In this document: one piece after another, positions 55,303-64,000 of the stretch
How the letters are laid out: the number at the start of each line of letters is the position of its first letter
Numbering within the stretch: the stretch's first letter is position 1
Origin: Candidatus Tayloriibacteriota bacterium
Lineage (GTDB): Bacteria; Patescibacteriota; Minisyncoccia; Phycocordibacterales; HO2-43-120
Assembly (NCBI GenBank): GCA_039934295.1
Contig: JBDTMN010000001.1
Span: 38,091 to 102,090, forward strand
DNA length: 64,000 bases
Reading direction: 5' to 3'
Program-made: the position numbers and the translations under genes
The notes under the pieces: generated by a model
The model's input: the letters and a program-made list of their open reading frames with translations, nothing else
Databases searched by the model: none
Told to the model about the DNA's origin: nothing

Positions 55303-56667
55303 TTATTTTTCACTATCGATTAGTTGGGTGAGCTCGGCGATTTTTTCGTCAAGCGTTTTTTTATCTGTGGATTCGATATTGAGACGTATGAGTGGCTCTG
55401 TGTTTGAACCGCGGAGGTTAAAGCGCCACGAGGGGAATTCGAATGAAATTCCATCGATTTCTTCAAATTTTCCTTTTTGTGTGTCGTAAAATTTTCTGAC
55501 AGATTCTAGGACGAGCTTTACGTCTTTTACCTTAAAATTAAGTTCGCCCGGGGTGTGATATTTTTCTTTGTATGGTCTCACGAGTTCCCCCAACTTTTTC
55601 CCTGTCGAGGAGAGCTCTTCAAGGATAAGTAAGAAGGGAATCATGCCGTTGTCGCAGTAAAAGTTATCTTTGAAATAATAGTGAGCGCTGTTTTCTCCCG
55701 CGAAGAGTGCATTTTCTTTCCTCATCCTCTCCTTGATAAACGTATGCCCGACTTTATTCGTGAGAAAAATACCGCCCGATTTCTCGACTTCTTCTTTGAT
55801 TGCCCAAATGAGACGGGGGTCGGAAATTACCTTTTGACCCGACACATTCACGGCTCTAAGCAGGATTTTTGCCAACAATGCGGTAATGTAGTACGCATGA
55901 ATAAATTCTCCATTTTCGTCAAAAAAGAAACAGCGGTCAGCATCGGCATCCCACGCCACGCCAAAATCCGCGCCGGTTTTTCTTATAAGTGCAATCGTTT
56001 CGCTTCGATTTTCCTCTCGAAGCGGGTCGGGCGGACCCTTAGGAAATTCTCCATCCGGTTTTTCATTAAGGAGGACGAGCTCGATTGGGGAGCCTTTCAC
56101 AAGCTCTTCTGCCACCATGCCCGCCATGCCAAAGTTGCCGTTCGCGACAACTTTCATTGGCTCGAGTCCGCTGAAATTGACGAAAGTTTTTATATGTTCG
56201 ATATACGAAGGAAGAATAGCATATGAATCAAGCGTTCCGGATTTGCCTCTCACATCTATGTCCGAATTGTGTAGAATGAGGTCTCGTAAATCAAAAATTC
56301 CGCTGTCAGAACTTATCGGGTAGCTGTTCTTTAATACCAGCTTGAGGCCGTTGTATTCTTTTGGATTATGTGAAGCAGAAACTATGATTCCTCCGTCACT
56401 CTCAAGTTTTACCACCGCGAAGTACATCATATCTGTTCCCGCGCGACCGATATCTGTTACCCGCACGCCGTTTTCGGTGAGGCCTTTGACCAGTGATTCT
56501 TTTAGGGATTTTGAACTGGTTCGAACATCTTCTGCCACCACTACATTTTTGACATGAAAATGCTTGACGTAGGCTTTTGCAATCAAGTAAACTGCCTCCT
56601 CGTTGATTTCAGAAGGATAAATACCTCGAATATCGTAGGCCTTAAAAATTGCAGGATTTATAGGCAT
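55303..56667 (-). CDS. phosphomannomutase/phosphoglucomutase
   Basis: FKAYDIRG, SASHNP, DADADR, GENSAH, RGSNTEP. Confidence 0.93.
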   Translation of the reverse strand: MPINPAIFKAYDIRGIYPSEINEEAVYLIAKAYVKHFHVKNVVVAEDVRTSSKSLKESLVKGLTENGVRVTDIGRAGTDMMYFAVVKLESDGGIIVSASHNPKEYNGLKLVLKNSYPISSDSGIFDLRDLILHNSDIDVRGKSGTLDSYAILPSYIEHIKTFVNFSGLEPMKVVANGNFGMAGMVAEELVKGSPIELVLLNEKPDGEFPKGPPDPLREENRSETIALIRKTGADFGVAWDADADRCFFFDENGEFIHAYYITALLAKILLRAVNVSGQKVISDPRLIWAIKEEVEKSGGIFLTNKVGHTFIKERMRKENALFAGENSAHYYFKDNFYCDNGMIPFLLILEELSSTGKKLGELVRPYKEKYHTPGELNFKVKDVKLVLESVRKFYDTQKGKFEEIDGISFEFPSWRFNLRGSNTEPLIRLNIESTDKKTLDEKIAELTQLIDSEK

Positions 56668-56701
56668 GTGCTTTTACCTTCTCGATTAGAACCTATAGGT
56701 T

Positions 56702-57076
56702 CTACGAGTTCACTTTTTCGTCTTGTTGCTCCAACTTCACCTCCGCCTCGACATTTGAAACCGGTTTTCCGATAAGGAAGAGTTTGACGATAGCTACCGC
56801 AACGACCCAATACACAAGCATGGCAAGAAGTGTTGTCCATTCAAATACGGAGCCCAAAACTTCGGGGGAATGAACGACGTAGAGGAAGGGGAGCGCCAAA
56901 GGGTAAGAAATCGAATAGACGAAGTTGGTAAATCCGGCGGGGTTGGCGCCAATCAACTTCAAAATCAGTCGAAACATAAGAATAATTTCTATAAGATAGA
57001 GAATATACCACACAATCTGCGTGCCCTTATAGATGGGCTTCACATTTTTGCTATCCGAGTTTACAATAGTAGACAT
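56702..57076 (-). CDS. YggT-like membrane protein
   Basis: LMFRLILKLIGANP.GF...Y.IS.PL..PF...EWTTLLAM. Confidence 0.7.
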   Translation of the reverse strand: MSTIVNSDSKNVKPIYKGTQIVWYILYLIEIILMFRLILKLIGANPAGFTNFVYSISYPLALPFLYVVHSPEVLGSVFEWTTLLAMLVYWVVAVAIVKLFLIGKPVSNVEAEVKLEQQDEKVNS

Positions 57077-57135
57077 AAAGATAATTAAAGTTAATAATTT
57101 CCCTACTATCTTACCATAGGTTACTCTTAAATAAC

Positions 57136-57366
57136 ATGTATATAAAAGTCCGGGCGCAAGCGGGTGTTACACGGGAAAAGATTATAGAGAAATCGATGAC
57201 TCACTTTGAGATTTGCGTGAAAGAGATGCCAATCAGGAATTTGGCAAACAAGAGAATTATTGAAATCATTTCCAAAAAATTCAAAGTGCCTCCGAATAAG
57301 GTGCGAATCATTAGCGGGCATCGGTCGCCTTCTAAAATTCTCTCAGTGGATGATGTTTCAGAATAG
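57136..57366 (+). CDS. DUF167 (YggU) family protein
   Basis: VK..P..N.AN, IISGHRSPSK. Confidence 0.85.
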   Translation: MYIKVRAQAGVTREKIIEKSMTHFEICVKEMPIRNLANKRIIEIISKKFKVPPNKVRIISGHRSPSKILSVDDVSE

Positions 57367-57431
57367 ATAGAGAGATGATACAATCAGATGACACAGTTAG
57401 ATAGAAAGAATTACTACTTACTTAAAATTTT

Positions 57432-57815
57432 GTGCTAAGGATACAAATAAAAGCCACCAACACCTCCCTCACTCCTGCCATCAAGGAGTATGTGGAGAAA
57501 AAAATCGGGTCACTGGAAAGAATGATAAAGCCCGATGACACGAGCGCCCTTGCCGATGTCGAGATTGAAAAAACTACCAATCATCACAAGGATGGGGAGG
57601 AATTGTTTCGGGCCGAAGTGAACTTGCGAGTTGGCAAGGCATATTTCCGCGCCGAGGCATCAAACTTTGACCTTTACGCGGCCATCGATTTTCTCAAAGA
57701 TGAAATGCATCGCGAATTGAGCGTAAACAAGAGAAAGACGATACATATGATAAGAAAAGGAGGGCAAGCGATAAAAAATATTATAAAAGGTTTTAGTCGT
57801 TTTAAGAAAAAATAA
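57432..57815 (+). CDS. hpf: ribosome hibernation promoting factor (HPF/RaiA)
   Basis: LTPAIKEYVEKKI, DLYAAID. Confidence 0.88.
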   Translation: MLRIQIKATNTSLTPAIKEYVEKKIGSLERMIKPDDTSALADVEIEKTTNHHKDGEELFRAEVNLRVGKAYFRAEASNFDLYAAIDFLKDEMHRELSVNKRKTIHMIRKGGQAIKNIIKGFSRFKKK

Positions 57816-57816
57816 T

Positions 57817-58002
57817 ATGCGAATTCAAATATCGTGGAATCCGAGGCAGTTAGCGGAAAGATGGGTTTCAATAACGGTGCTTATAGGCTGTACGCTCATT
57901 ACTGCCGGTATCATTTATTTATCGTATACTGCGGACAACCTAGGGGAAAAATGGGCGTCGGGGAGAAGCAACGAACTTCAGGAAGCGGGTCTTAGTTATT
58001 AG
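57817..58002 (+). CDS. small single-TM hypothetical protein
   Basis: ATG 1 bp after the hpf stop; one hydrophobic segment. Confidence 0.45.
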   Translation: MRIQISWNPRQLAERWVSITVLIGCTLITAGIIYLSYTADNLGEKWASGRSNELQEAGLSY

Positions 58003-58865
58003 AGGGGGGACTGCTTTTTCCAATCAGAGTAAGATATTTCTTTCCTGCCTTCCGGGGTGACTTTAAGGATTTCAAGTTTTCCATTTTCGAATTTTGCGTC
58101 CCGAATAATTACTCTTATTTGTTGGCCTTTTTTTTGCGAAAAAAAGTAGGGCTTCGGCCATTCTCTATACGCCTGGATTTTTCTCCAATTCGTCAATGGG
58201 TTCTCGCCCAAATCAATGAGGCCGTCCTCCTTTCTTATTTTTTTGGTGTAGCTCGCGTTGACGTGCTCCTGTTCTCTCGGCTGAATTTTCCCCGCCACAA
58301 AATCAGGAATGACCTCAAGAAGGAGTTTTCCTCCAATCAGGGAGAGCGCCTCGACAAGCTCGAAACTCGTAGGAAGGGGGTCGGGCATGGGATAAGTCGT
58401 AAGTCCTACTATCGGTCCGTGGTCGAGTTTTTCGTCCATGAGAACAACGGATACTCCCGTTTCAGTGTCTCCATTTAGGATTGCCGCTTCTGCCGGAATC
58501 GCCCCCCGATATTTCGGAAGTAGGGAAAAATGCAGATTCAGCGAGCCATTTTGGGGTAAATCAAGTAGCCAATTGGGCATCATTTTTCCATACGAGACGA
58601 CAACTCCCAACTGGTACTTTTTTTTGGAAATTGATTCTCTGAACGAAGCGTCTTCCAAGTTTGAGGGTTGCAGAAACGGGATTTCATTTTCTATCGCCCA
58701 TTGTTTTACTTCGGATGGAGAGAGTTTAAGACCGCGTCCTTTCGGCATATCGGGCGCGGTAACTATAAGTGAAGGGATAAGCCCCCCACCTTTTAGAATC
58801 TCGAGTATTTTCGCTCCTCGACGGGGCGTGCCGAAAAAAATGAATTTTATGGAAAGTGTGTTCAT
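57999..58865 (-). CDS. fmt: methionyl-tRNA formyltransferase
   Basis: FFGTP, NLHFSLLPKYRGA, LDHGPI. Confidence 0.95.
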   Translation of the reverse strand: MNTLSIKFIFFGTPRRGAKILEILKGGGLIPSLIVTAPDMPKGRGLKLSPSEVKQWAIENEIPFLQPSNLEDASFRESISKKKYQLGVVVSYGKMMPNWLLDLPQNGSLNLHFSLLPKYRGAIPAEAAILNGDTETGVSVVLMDEKLDHGPIVGLTTYPMPDPLPTSFELVEALSLIGGKLLLEVIPDFVAGKIQPREQEHVNASYTKKIRKEDGLIDLGENPLTNWRKIQAYREWPKPYFFSQKKGQQIRVIIRDAKFENGKLEILKVTPEGRKEISYSDWKKQSPL

Positions 58866-59422
58866 TTGTTAATCGATATTTCTTCGTCCGTTAGTTCTTT
58901 CACATCCACCGCTTTATCGATAAAAAGAATTCCGTTTAAGTGATCGATTTCATGTTGGAAGATTTGGGCTAGGAGACCGCTCGCGCCTCTTTCAAACAGT
59001 TTTCCATTTTCATCATATGCCCGTATTTTGGCTCTCGCGCTCCTCTCAATTTTTCCGAAGAGCGGACGGACGGAGAGACAGCCTTCATCAACCATCACCT
59101 TTTCTTTCGAGAGCTTTACGATGACAGGATTAATAAAAACTTCATTTTCGCTTTTGACGACTTTTTTCGTCGCCGGTGGGGAAAGAGAATCAGGATTGCT
59201 CCTTCTTCTTATTTTTTCCGATAGGTTGGGATCAATAATGAATAATCGAAGCGAGTATCCAAGCTGTGGGGCGGCCAGCCCCACTCCGTCGGCCTCCTTG
59301 TGAAGCGCTTCTTTCATTTCCTCGATAACTTTTCTTATTTTAGGGCTTACAATCTCATCTTCCGGGATTTCCTTCGCTATTTGCCGAAGGACTTTTTCAT
59401 CTTTTTGGACGATTTTTTTCAT
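58862..59422 (-). CDS. def: peptide deformylase
   Basis: GVGLAAPQ, EGCLS, QHEIDHL. Confidence 0.96.
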   Translation of the reverse strand: MKKIVQKDEKVLRQIAKEIPEDEIVSPKIRKVIEEMKEALHKEADGVGLAAPQLGYSLRLFIIDPNLSEKIRRRSNPDSLSPPATKKVVKSENEVFINPVIVKLSKEKVMVDEGCLSVRPLFGKIERSARAKIRAYDENGKLFERGASGLLAQIFQHEIDHLNGILFIDKAVDVKELTDEEISINK

Positions 59423-59440
59423 GAAGCTAATACTATAATA

Positions 59441-59533
59441 AAACGTGTAACTTGTAACGTGCAGCGCAAAGCACAATCGAATATGAAAATTTTTGGATTT
59501 TCCGATGTTACAAGTTACCTGTTACATGCTGTG
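59441..59533. repeat. inverted heptamer-repeat element (TGTAACG family)
   Basis: aacgtgtaacttgtaacgtgcagc ... gttacaagttacctgttacatg. Confidence 0.7.
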
Positions 59534-59536
59534 CGA

Positions 59537-61423
59537 CTAGAGGAGACTCTCTGGGTCAACTTTCACGGTAAATTCTGGCGAGAGGGCGGTGAGTTTCAAA
59601 AGGAGCTCGGAATCGGGCCATGTGCGGGGCGAAACCCGTAAAAGCCCGTGCATAATTGACTTGCCGGCGAGACCTTTGATGAATGAAGGGAATATGTCGA
59701 TGTTATAATTTGAAAGAGTTGCTTTTGCTTCGCTCATTTTTCGGACGATTTCGCTTTTCTGTCCCTCGAGGGAAATCTTCACCAGAATTGAAAAAGGGGG
59801 ATAGTTGAATTGCTCTCTTTTCCCGATTTCATCGCGGTAAAATTCGAACAGATTGCCTTTCATCCCATATTCGAATACTTTTTGATCCGGGTTTCGCGTT
59901 TGAATCACAATTTGCTTATGAGTTACGGATCGGAGCGTGAGCAGAATCGACATGATTTTTTCGTTTATCCGGAAATCCGGGAGCGAGAAAAGAGCGTCAA
60001 GACTTGCGATTGCCGAATTTTCTATGGGGCGATCCAGATAGAGAAGCGCGAGCTCGGTTCCAAGAAGTATGCTTCCCGGCGAGGCAAAGAATTGATTCAT
60101 CATTTTTTCCGCATTGCCGTGAGTAGTAACCTTGTCCTTATCCATGATAAATATTTTCACATCTCCATAGAGCGCCCTTATCTCTTCCCCCACACTGTCT
60201 ATGCCTGCGCCAAGGGTGACAAGTTTCCATCCCTGGCAGACTTTGCACACCTCTTCTGGGTCTCTTCTCTCTCCGCATCTGTGGCACAGAAAGAAATTGC
60301 CTTTCTGGCTTCCATGAAGCACCATGTTCGCGGAGCATTTGTTGCAGGTGATTGTTTCTCCGCAATCACCGCAGACGGTGGTCGGGGAGAGTCCTTTGCG
60401 AGCGGCAAAAATGAACAGGTTTTCATTATTGGTTTTATTCGCTTGAATCAGATTCCGCAGTTCCTCGCTTACCAGAGTGAAATTTTTTGTAGAAGCTTTA
60501 TACACTCTCATGTCCACCATTCTTTCTTCCGCAGAAGTCAAAGAGCGGAATTTGACCGGGGAAAGCTCCTGGAATTCTCCGTTTTTGTATCTAAAAAGCG
60601 TGGCGATGTCGATAAAGATATCTCCGACCACGAACTTTGCTTTTATTTTTTTTGCGAACATTTCCGCGAATACTCTGAAGTCAAGATAGGGGCGGGAGAA
60701 GGTCTTGTATCCCGAAGAATTTTCACGGTCGACTATAATCGCTCCCAAATCAGCCCGCGGATAAGATAAATATGAGCCTGTGCCTAGGATGAGAACCGGA
60801 TGCTTTTCTTTAGTCAGTTTCGCAAGAGTCGAGCGCAGTTCGTTTTCACTAAGAGAGCCATGCAAGACAAATGTGTATTCCTCAATGCCTTTTTCCAATT
60901 TTCCCACCGTTTTCTTTATATCGTGAACGCTCGGTAGGCAGAAAAAAACAGACGATTTCTTGGCAAATTCTCCCCGAATAAAACTCTTGTAGTTTACAAA
61001 TCTCTCCTCGTCTCCGGCCTGAAGAATGTACTTTTGATGAATTTTCTCTCCGAGAACTGGCTCCTGTGGCTCGATTTTTATTTTCTCGAGTTCCGCTAGG
61101 AGTCGTGCAGAAATAAGCGAGGCGAGCACGGACCCGGTTGTTGCCGCGAAATATCGCGCTGCCTCATTCGCGCTTTCCATGAATTCGGGAAGAAAGAAAA
61201 AATGACCCTTGCGTTTCGTTATTTTTTTTAATTGGAATTCCGCTTGGCGAAGTTCAGTCCTGTGCTCGCTTGCATCGTTTTTCGATATGACGATTGCCGG
61301 CACGATTTTTTTTCGCAGCGGCACTTCTATCACGGCTCCCAAAGAGATATCATCGCTCGTAAAATAAGTGAGCGTTTCCTTTCCTATTCCCCGTGAAATT
61401 GGTATCACCTCTATGATTTGCAT
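59537..61423 (-). CDS. priA: primosomal protein N' (PriA), helicase motifs degenerate
   Basis: N-terminal 3'-binding domain (LTY..LGAVIEVPL), four CxxC pairs, IQT, YPPF; no Walker A/DExH. Confidence 0.85.
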   Translation of the reverse strand: MQIIEVIPISRGIGKETLTYFTSDDISLGAVIEVPLRKKIVPAIVISKNDASEHRTELRQAEFQLKKITKRKGHFFFLPEFMESANEAARYFAATTGSVLASLISARLLAELEKIKIEPQEPVLGEKIHQKYILQAGDEERFVNYKSFIRGEFAKKSSVFFCLPSVHDIKKTVGKLEKGIEEYTFVLHGSLSENELRSTLAKLTKEKHPVLILGTGSYLSYPRADLGAIIVDRENSSGYKTFSRPYLDFRVFAEMFAKKIKAKFVVGDIFIDIATLFRYKNGEFQELSPVKFRSLTSAEERMVDMRVYKASTKNFTLVSEELRNLIQANKTNNENLFIFAARKGLSPTTVCGDCGETITCNKCSANMVLHGSQKGNFFLCHRCGERRDPEEVCKVCQGWKLVTLGAGIDSVGEEIRALYGDVKIFIMDKDKVTTHGNAEKMMNQFFASPGSILLGTELALLYLDRPIENSAIASLDALFSLPDFRINEKIMSILLTLRSVTHKQIVIQTRNPDQKVFEYGMKGNLFEFYRDEIGKREQFNYPPFSILVKISLEGQKSEIVRKMSEAKATLSNYNIDIFPSFIKGLAGKSIMHGLLRVSPRTWPDSELLLKLTALSPEFTVKVDPESLL

Positions 61424-61427
61424 ATTT

Positions 61428-62942
61428 TTACAAATCTCTAAGTATCGAAATTCTCGCTCCGAGGGCGTTCAGTCGTCTCACAAGGTCTTCGTAGCCCCGG
61501 TTGATTGAATAAATATTGCGAAGCGTGGAAGTGCCTTTTGCTCCCAACATTCCGGCCAAAATGATGGCTGCGGGGCGAAGGGCGGGAGGGGAGACGATGT
61601 CGTTTGCCTGAAGCTCGGTGGGTCCCGTTATGTAGACTCGGTGCGGGTCGAGGAGGATTGTGTCAGCTCCGAGCTTGTCGAGCTCCTTGTAATAAATGGC
61701 GCGCTTTTCGTAAGGCCAATCATGAATCATTGTAACCCCCTTGGCTTTCGTTGCAATGACCGCAAAAAAAGGAAGATTGTCCATGTTGAGGCCGGGGTAG
61801 GGGCGGGGCTCGATTTTTTCTTCGAGGGCGGTTAGCTTCGAGGGGAATGTTTTGATGTCCACCAAATTTGTTTTGCCATTCTGCGATTTATACTTTGCCG
61901 ATTTTGAAAATTTGAAGCCCATTTTCTCCAATTTCAAAAGTTCAAGCTCGAGGAAATCAATCGGGGAGCGCTTTATGGTAATCGCCGAATCAGTCATGAT
62001 AGCCGCAGATATGAAAAACATCGATTCAATCGGGTCCTCGCTCAAATAGTATGTTACCGGCTCGTCAATTTTCTCTTTTCCGTGGACGACGAGCGTGGTG
62101 GTGCCGACACCGTCAATTTTTACACCCAGCTTTTCAAGGAAAAAGCAGAGCTCCTGAACCTGATAGTTGGCTGACGCCATTTTTATCGTCGTCACTCCGG
62201 GAATGCGAGATGCTACCATGATGGCATTTTCGGTGACCGTGTCGCCCGATTCGTAGAGAACGATTTCATTTGGAACCAGACCTTTGTGGCTCACTTCATA
62301 CTCCTTCTCTTTCGCTTTAATGCTCACTCCGAGCTTCTCCATCGCGAAAAAATGAGGTCTCACCGTTCGCAAGCCAAGCTCACATCCGCCCGCCTGGGGA
62401 ATCGAGAATCTTTTTTTAAGATGGATGAGAGGGCCGATTAACAGAATAATGCATCTCGTTTTTAGGGCGGCCGTTCTGTCTATTGTATCCATTTTGAGCC
62501 GTGACGGAGGAGTAATCACAAGGTCACTATCTCTCCACGCAACATGGACTCCGATGCTCTCTAGAACCTCAATGAGTCTCGCAACTTCTTCGATTCTAGG
62601 GACATTTTTGAGCGTGCTCGTGTTGCTATTAAGGAGCGCGGCGCAGATGACCGCTACCGCTCCGTTTTTCGAGTTCTTGATAGTTACTTCGCCCTTGAGT
62701 TTCCTTCCTCCTTCAATTTCGATAGATAAATTGCTGTCCGCAATGCGGATAATATCACGGCCCAACGTATCGCTAATTTTAATGAGCATTTCAGTTGAAA
62801 GATTCTGCTCACCGCGCTCAATGCGCGCCACGGCGCTTTGCGTCGTGCGGAGTTTTTTGGCGAACTCTTTTTGGGTAATGCTCTTCGCAACCCTTGACTC
62901 GCGAATGAGTTTTGCAATCGGCGCTAGCGGTGTTTTCTTCAT
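61428..62942 (-). CDS. murA: UDP-N-acetylglucosamine 1-carboxyvinyltransferase with N-terminal XRE HTH
   Basis: ITQKEFAKKLRTTQSAVARIERG HTH; SKNGA, GGCELG.R, VTEN, RGYE. Confidence 0.9.
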   Translation of the reverse strand: MKKTPLAPIAKLIRESRVAKSITQKEFAKKLRTTQSAVARIERGEQNLSTEMLIKISDTLGRDIIRIADSNLSIEIEGGRKLKGEVTIKNSKNGAVAVICAALLNSNTSTLKNVPRIEEVARLIEVLESIGVHVAWRDSDLVITPPSRLKMDTIDRTAALKTRCIILLIGPLIHLKKRFSIPQAGGCELGLRTVRPHFFAMEKLGVSIKAKEKEYEVSHKGLVPNEIVLYESGDTVTENAIMVASRIPGVTTIKMASANYQVQELCFFLEKLGVKIDGVGTTTLVVHGKEKIDEPVTYYLSEDPIESMFFISAAIMTDSAITIKRSPIDFLELELLKLEKMGFKFSKSAKYKSQNGKTNLVDIKTFPSKLTALEEKIEPRPYPGLNMDNLPFFAVIATKAKGVTMIHDWPYEKRAIYYKELDKLGADTILLDPHRVYITGPTELQANDIVSPPALRPAAIILAGMLGAKGTSTLRNIYSINRGYEDLVRRLNALGARISILRDL

Positions 62943-63027
62943 TTATAGAGTATAGCATATATGAGATACGAAGCCAAGTAAAAAGTGAAAAGTGACACAA
63001 AACAAAGAGCAAAGCGACTATGTTTTG

Positions 63028-63196
63028 TGTCATCCCCGCGGAGGCGGGGATCCAGGATTATATTTTCTGTCATCCCCTACGGGGATTGTACACCTTTCAA
63101 ATTCAGAAACTGAATGTTCAAGGTCTTGCCTAGCCCGTGCCGGTCGGCCGAGGGCGGAACTCCAAGTGTTCGTTCCTCACCCGCGAAAGCGGGAAT
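63028..63196. repeat. cluster of REP-like GTCAT(T/C)CCC palindromes
   Basis: tgtcatccccgcggaggcggggatc, tgtcatcccctacggggat, cccgcgaaagcgggaat. Confidence 0.6.
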
Positions 63197-63328
63197 ACAG
63201 TAAAAAATTAAGTGATAATTTCCAAGGCGTAAATAAGATGATGGAGGTTTGGGAGTAATATTGATAATAAAAAAACACTTGATGCGGGAATCGAGTGCGG
63301 GTGCTTCGGTACGGGCGGGAGGTGAAAG

Positions 63329-63392
63329 TCAAAAGTGATAGTCAAAATTTATTCATAAAAAAACCGCTCATCTGTCGGGAGAGCGGCTTCAT
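63329..63392 (-). terminator. terminator-containing 64-bp repeat, copy 1
   Basis: aaaaaaaccgctc...gagcggc; near-identical to 63687..63750. Confidence 0.8.
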
Positions 63393-63408
63393 TTGATTGA
63401 GAATGGCT

Positions 63409-63606
63409 TTATGAGTCGATCAAGACCACACCCTTTGCCTCGAAATGTGCCGTAGTTTCTCCATTCGGTCCAGGTTCATGTTTGAACGTCACTATTCCGT
63501 TGCTGTCATATTGCGTAACGTATCCGGTGAAATGGTGTCCGCCGTAGAAATGAATCGTTATTTTTTTTTCGGTCTTTCCCACGAAGGTTTTCAGTGCTGA
63601 TTGCAT
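63409..63606 (-). CDS. small Sm/Hfq-like fold protein
   Basis: ITIHFYGGHHFTGYVTQYD resembles the Sm1 motif; own TTGACT/TGCTATTGT promoter and terminator. Confidence 0.6.
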   Translation of the reverse strand: MQSALKTFVGKTEKKITIHFYGGHHFTGYVTQYDSNGIVTFKHEPGPNGETTAHFEAKGVVLIDS

Positions 63607-63686
63607 AGTGTTTTTGGTTTGAGGTTCGTAACTAACCGATTCGACAATAGCACCATATATTACTGGAGTCAATACGCGGAGGAAAA

Positions 63687-63750
63687 TCAAAAGTGAAAGT
63701 CAAAATTTACTCATAAAAAAACCGCTCATCTGTTGAAAGAGCGGCTTCAT
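63687..63750 (-). terminator. terminator-containing 64-bp repeat, copy 2
   Basis: Offset 358 bp from copy 1. Confidence 0.8.
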
Positions 63751-63768
63751 GGTGGTAGAGAAGCTGGA

Positions 63769-63966
63769 TTATCTTGGGTAAGAAATGGCTGCGACTTCTC
63801 CCGCTTCAATTATGGTGACGATTCGAGCATTACTCAATCCCTCGTCGATAGTGACAAGACCGTTGTCTACTTTCTCCACCCTTCCGACGAGTTTGACTCC
63901 GGACCGAAGTAGAAGGGTAACGTTGTACGTTTGTCCTTCGTGCTTCTTTATTTCAGTTGTTTGCAT
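63769..63966 (-). CDS. small Sm/Hfq-like fold protein
   Basis: VTLLLRSGVKLVGRVEKVD aligns by eye with Hfq VSIYLVNGIKLQGQIESFD; C-terminal I....VAAI like Sm2. Confidence 0.65.
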   Translation of the reverse strand: MQTTEIKKHEGQTYNVTLLLRSGVKLVGRVEKVDNGLVTIDEGLSNARIVTIIEAGEVAAISYPR

Positions 63967-64000
63967 TTTTTTGAGTCGACCGTGTTTTGGTTGATGAGAC

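Noticed and set aside
59810-60769. Long antisense ORFs (also 33710..34900, 5980..6576, 55681..56226 and similar)
   Set aside because: They lie opposite well-supported genes and have no motifs; shadow ORFs.
62992-63258. 88-aa ORF upstream of murA
   Set aside because: Made largely of REP-like palindromes; no coding features.

Overview
Chromosomal window from a small-genome bacterium, most consistent with Patescibacteria/CPR (Parcubacteria-like). This is inferred from gene content and style (HTH-fused MurA, helicase-degenerate PriA, PaaX/Cas2-like regulator, A2M/PBP1C, many PsbP-like surface proteins); TGA acts as a stop codon. The housekeeping backbone comprises rnj, secG, groES/groEL, lemA, htpX, mltG, tsaC, nrdA/nrdB, rnpB, ddl, a phosphomannomutase, hpf, fmt, def, priA, murA, tRNA-Arg(CCG) and tRNA-Ser(GGA). 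The most interesting signal is the ribonucleotide reductase locus. NrdB has the class Ic (Chlamydia-type, Mn/Fe) signature. An unannotated 35-aa ORF (49462..49569) right after nrdA is a free-standing copy of NrdA's C-terminal Cys redox tail, differing mostly at synonymous positions. Other highlights: an AT-rich array of membrane-anchored protein cassettes (24.9-30.2 kb) with a duplicated gene whose ends are identical but whose middle is divergent; tandem Hfq/Sm-like minigenes with duplicated terminators; genes bracketed by repeated palindromes; tRNA-3'-linked tandem repeats; a palindromic element inserted in-frame in a histidine kinase; a long insertion in RNase P RNA; and many intergenic inverted heptamer-repeat elements. 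No CRISPR array, integrase or transposase was seen. All family calls are by motif recognition, without database searches.
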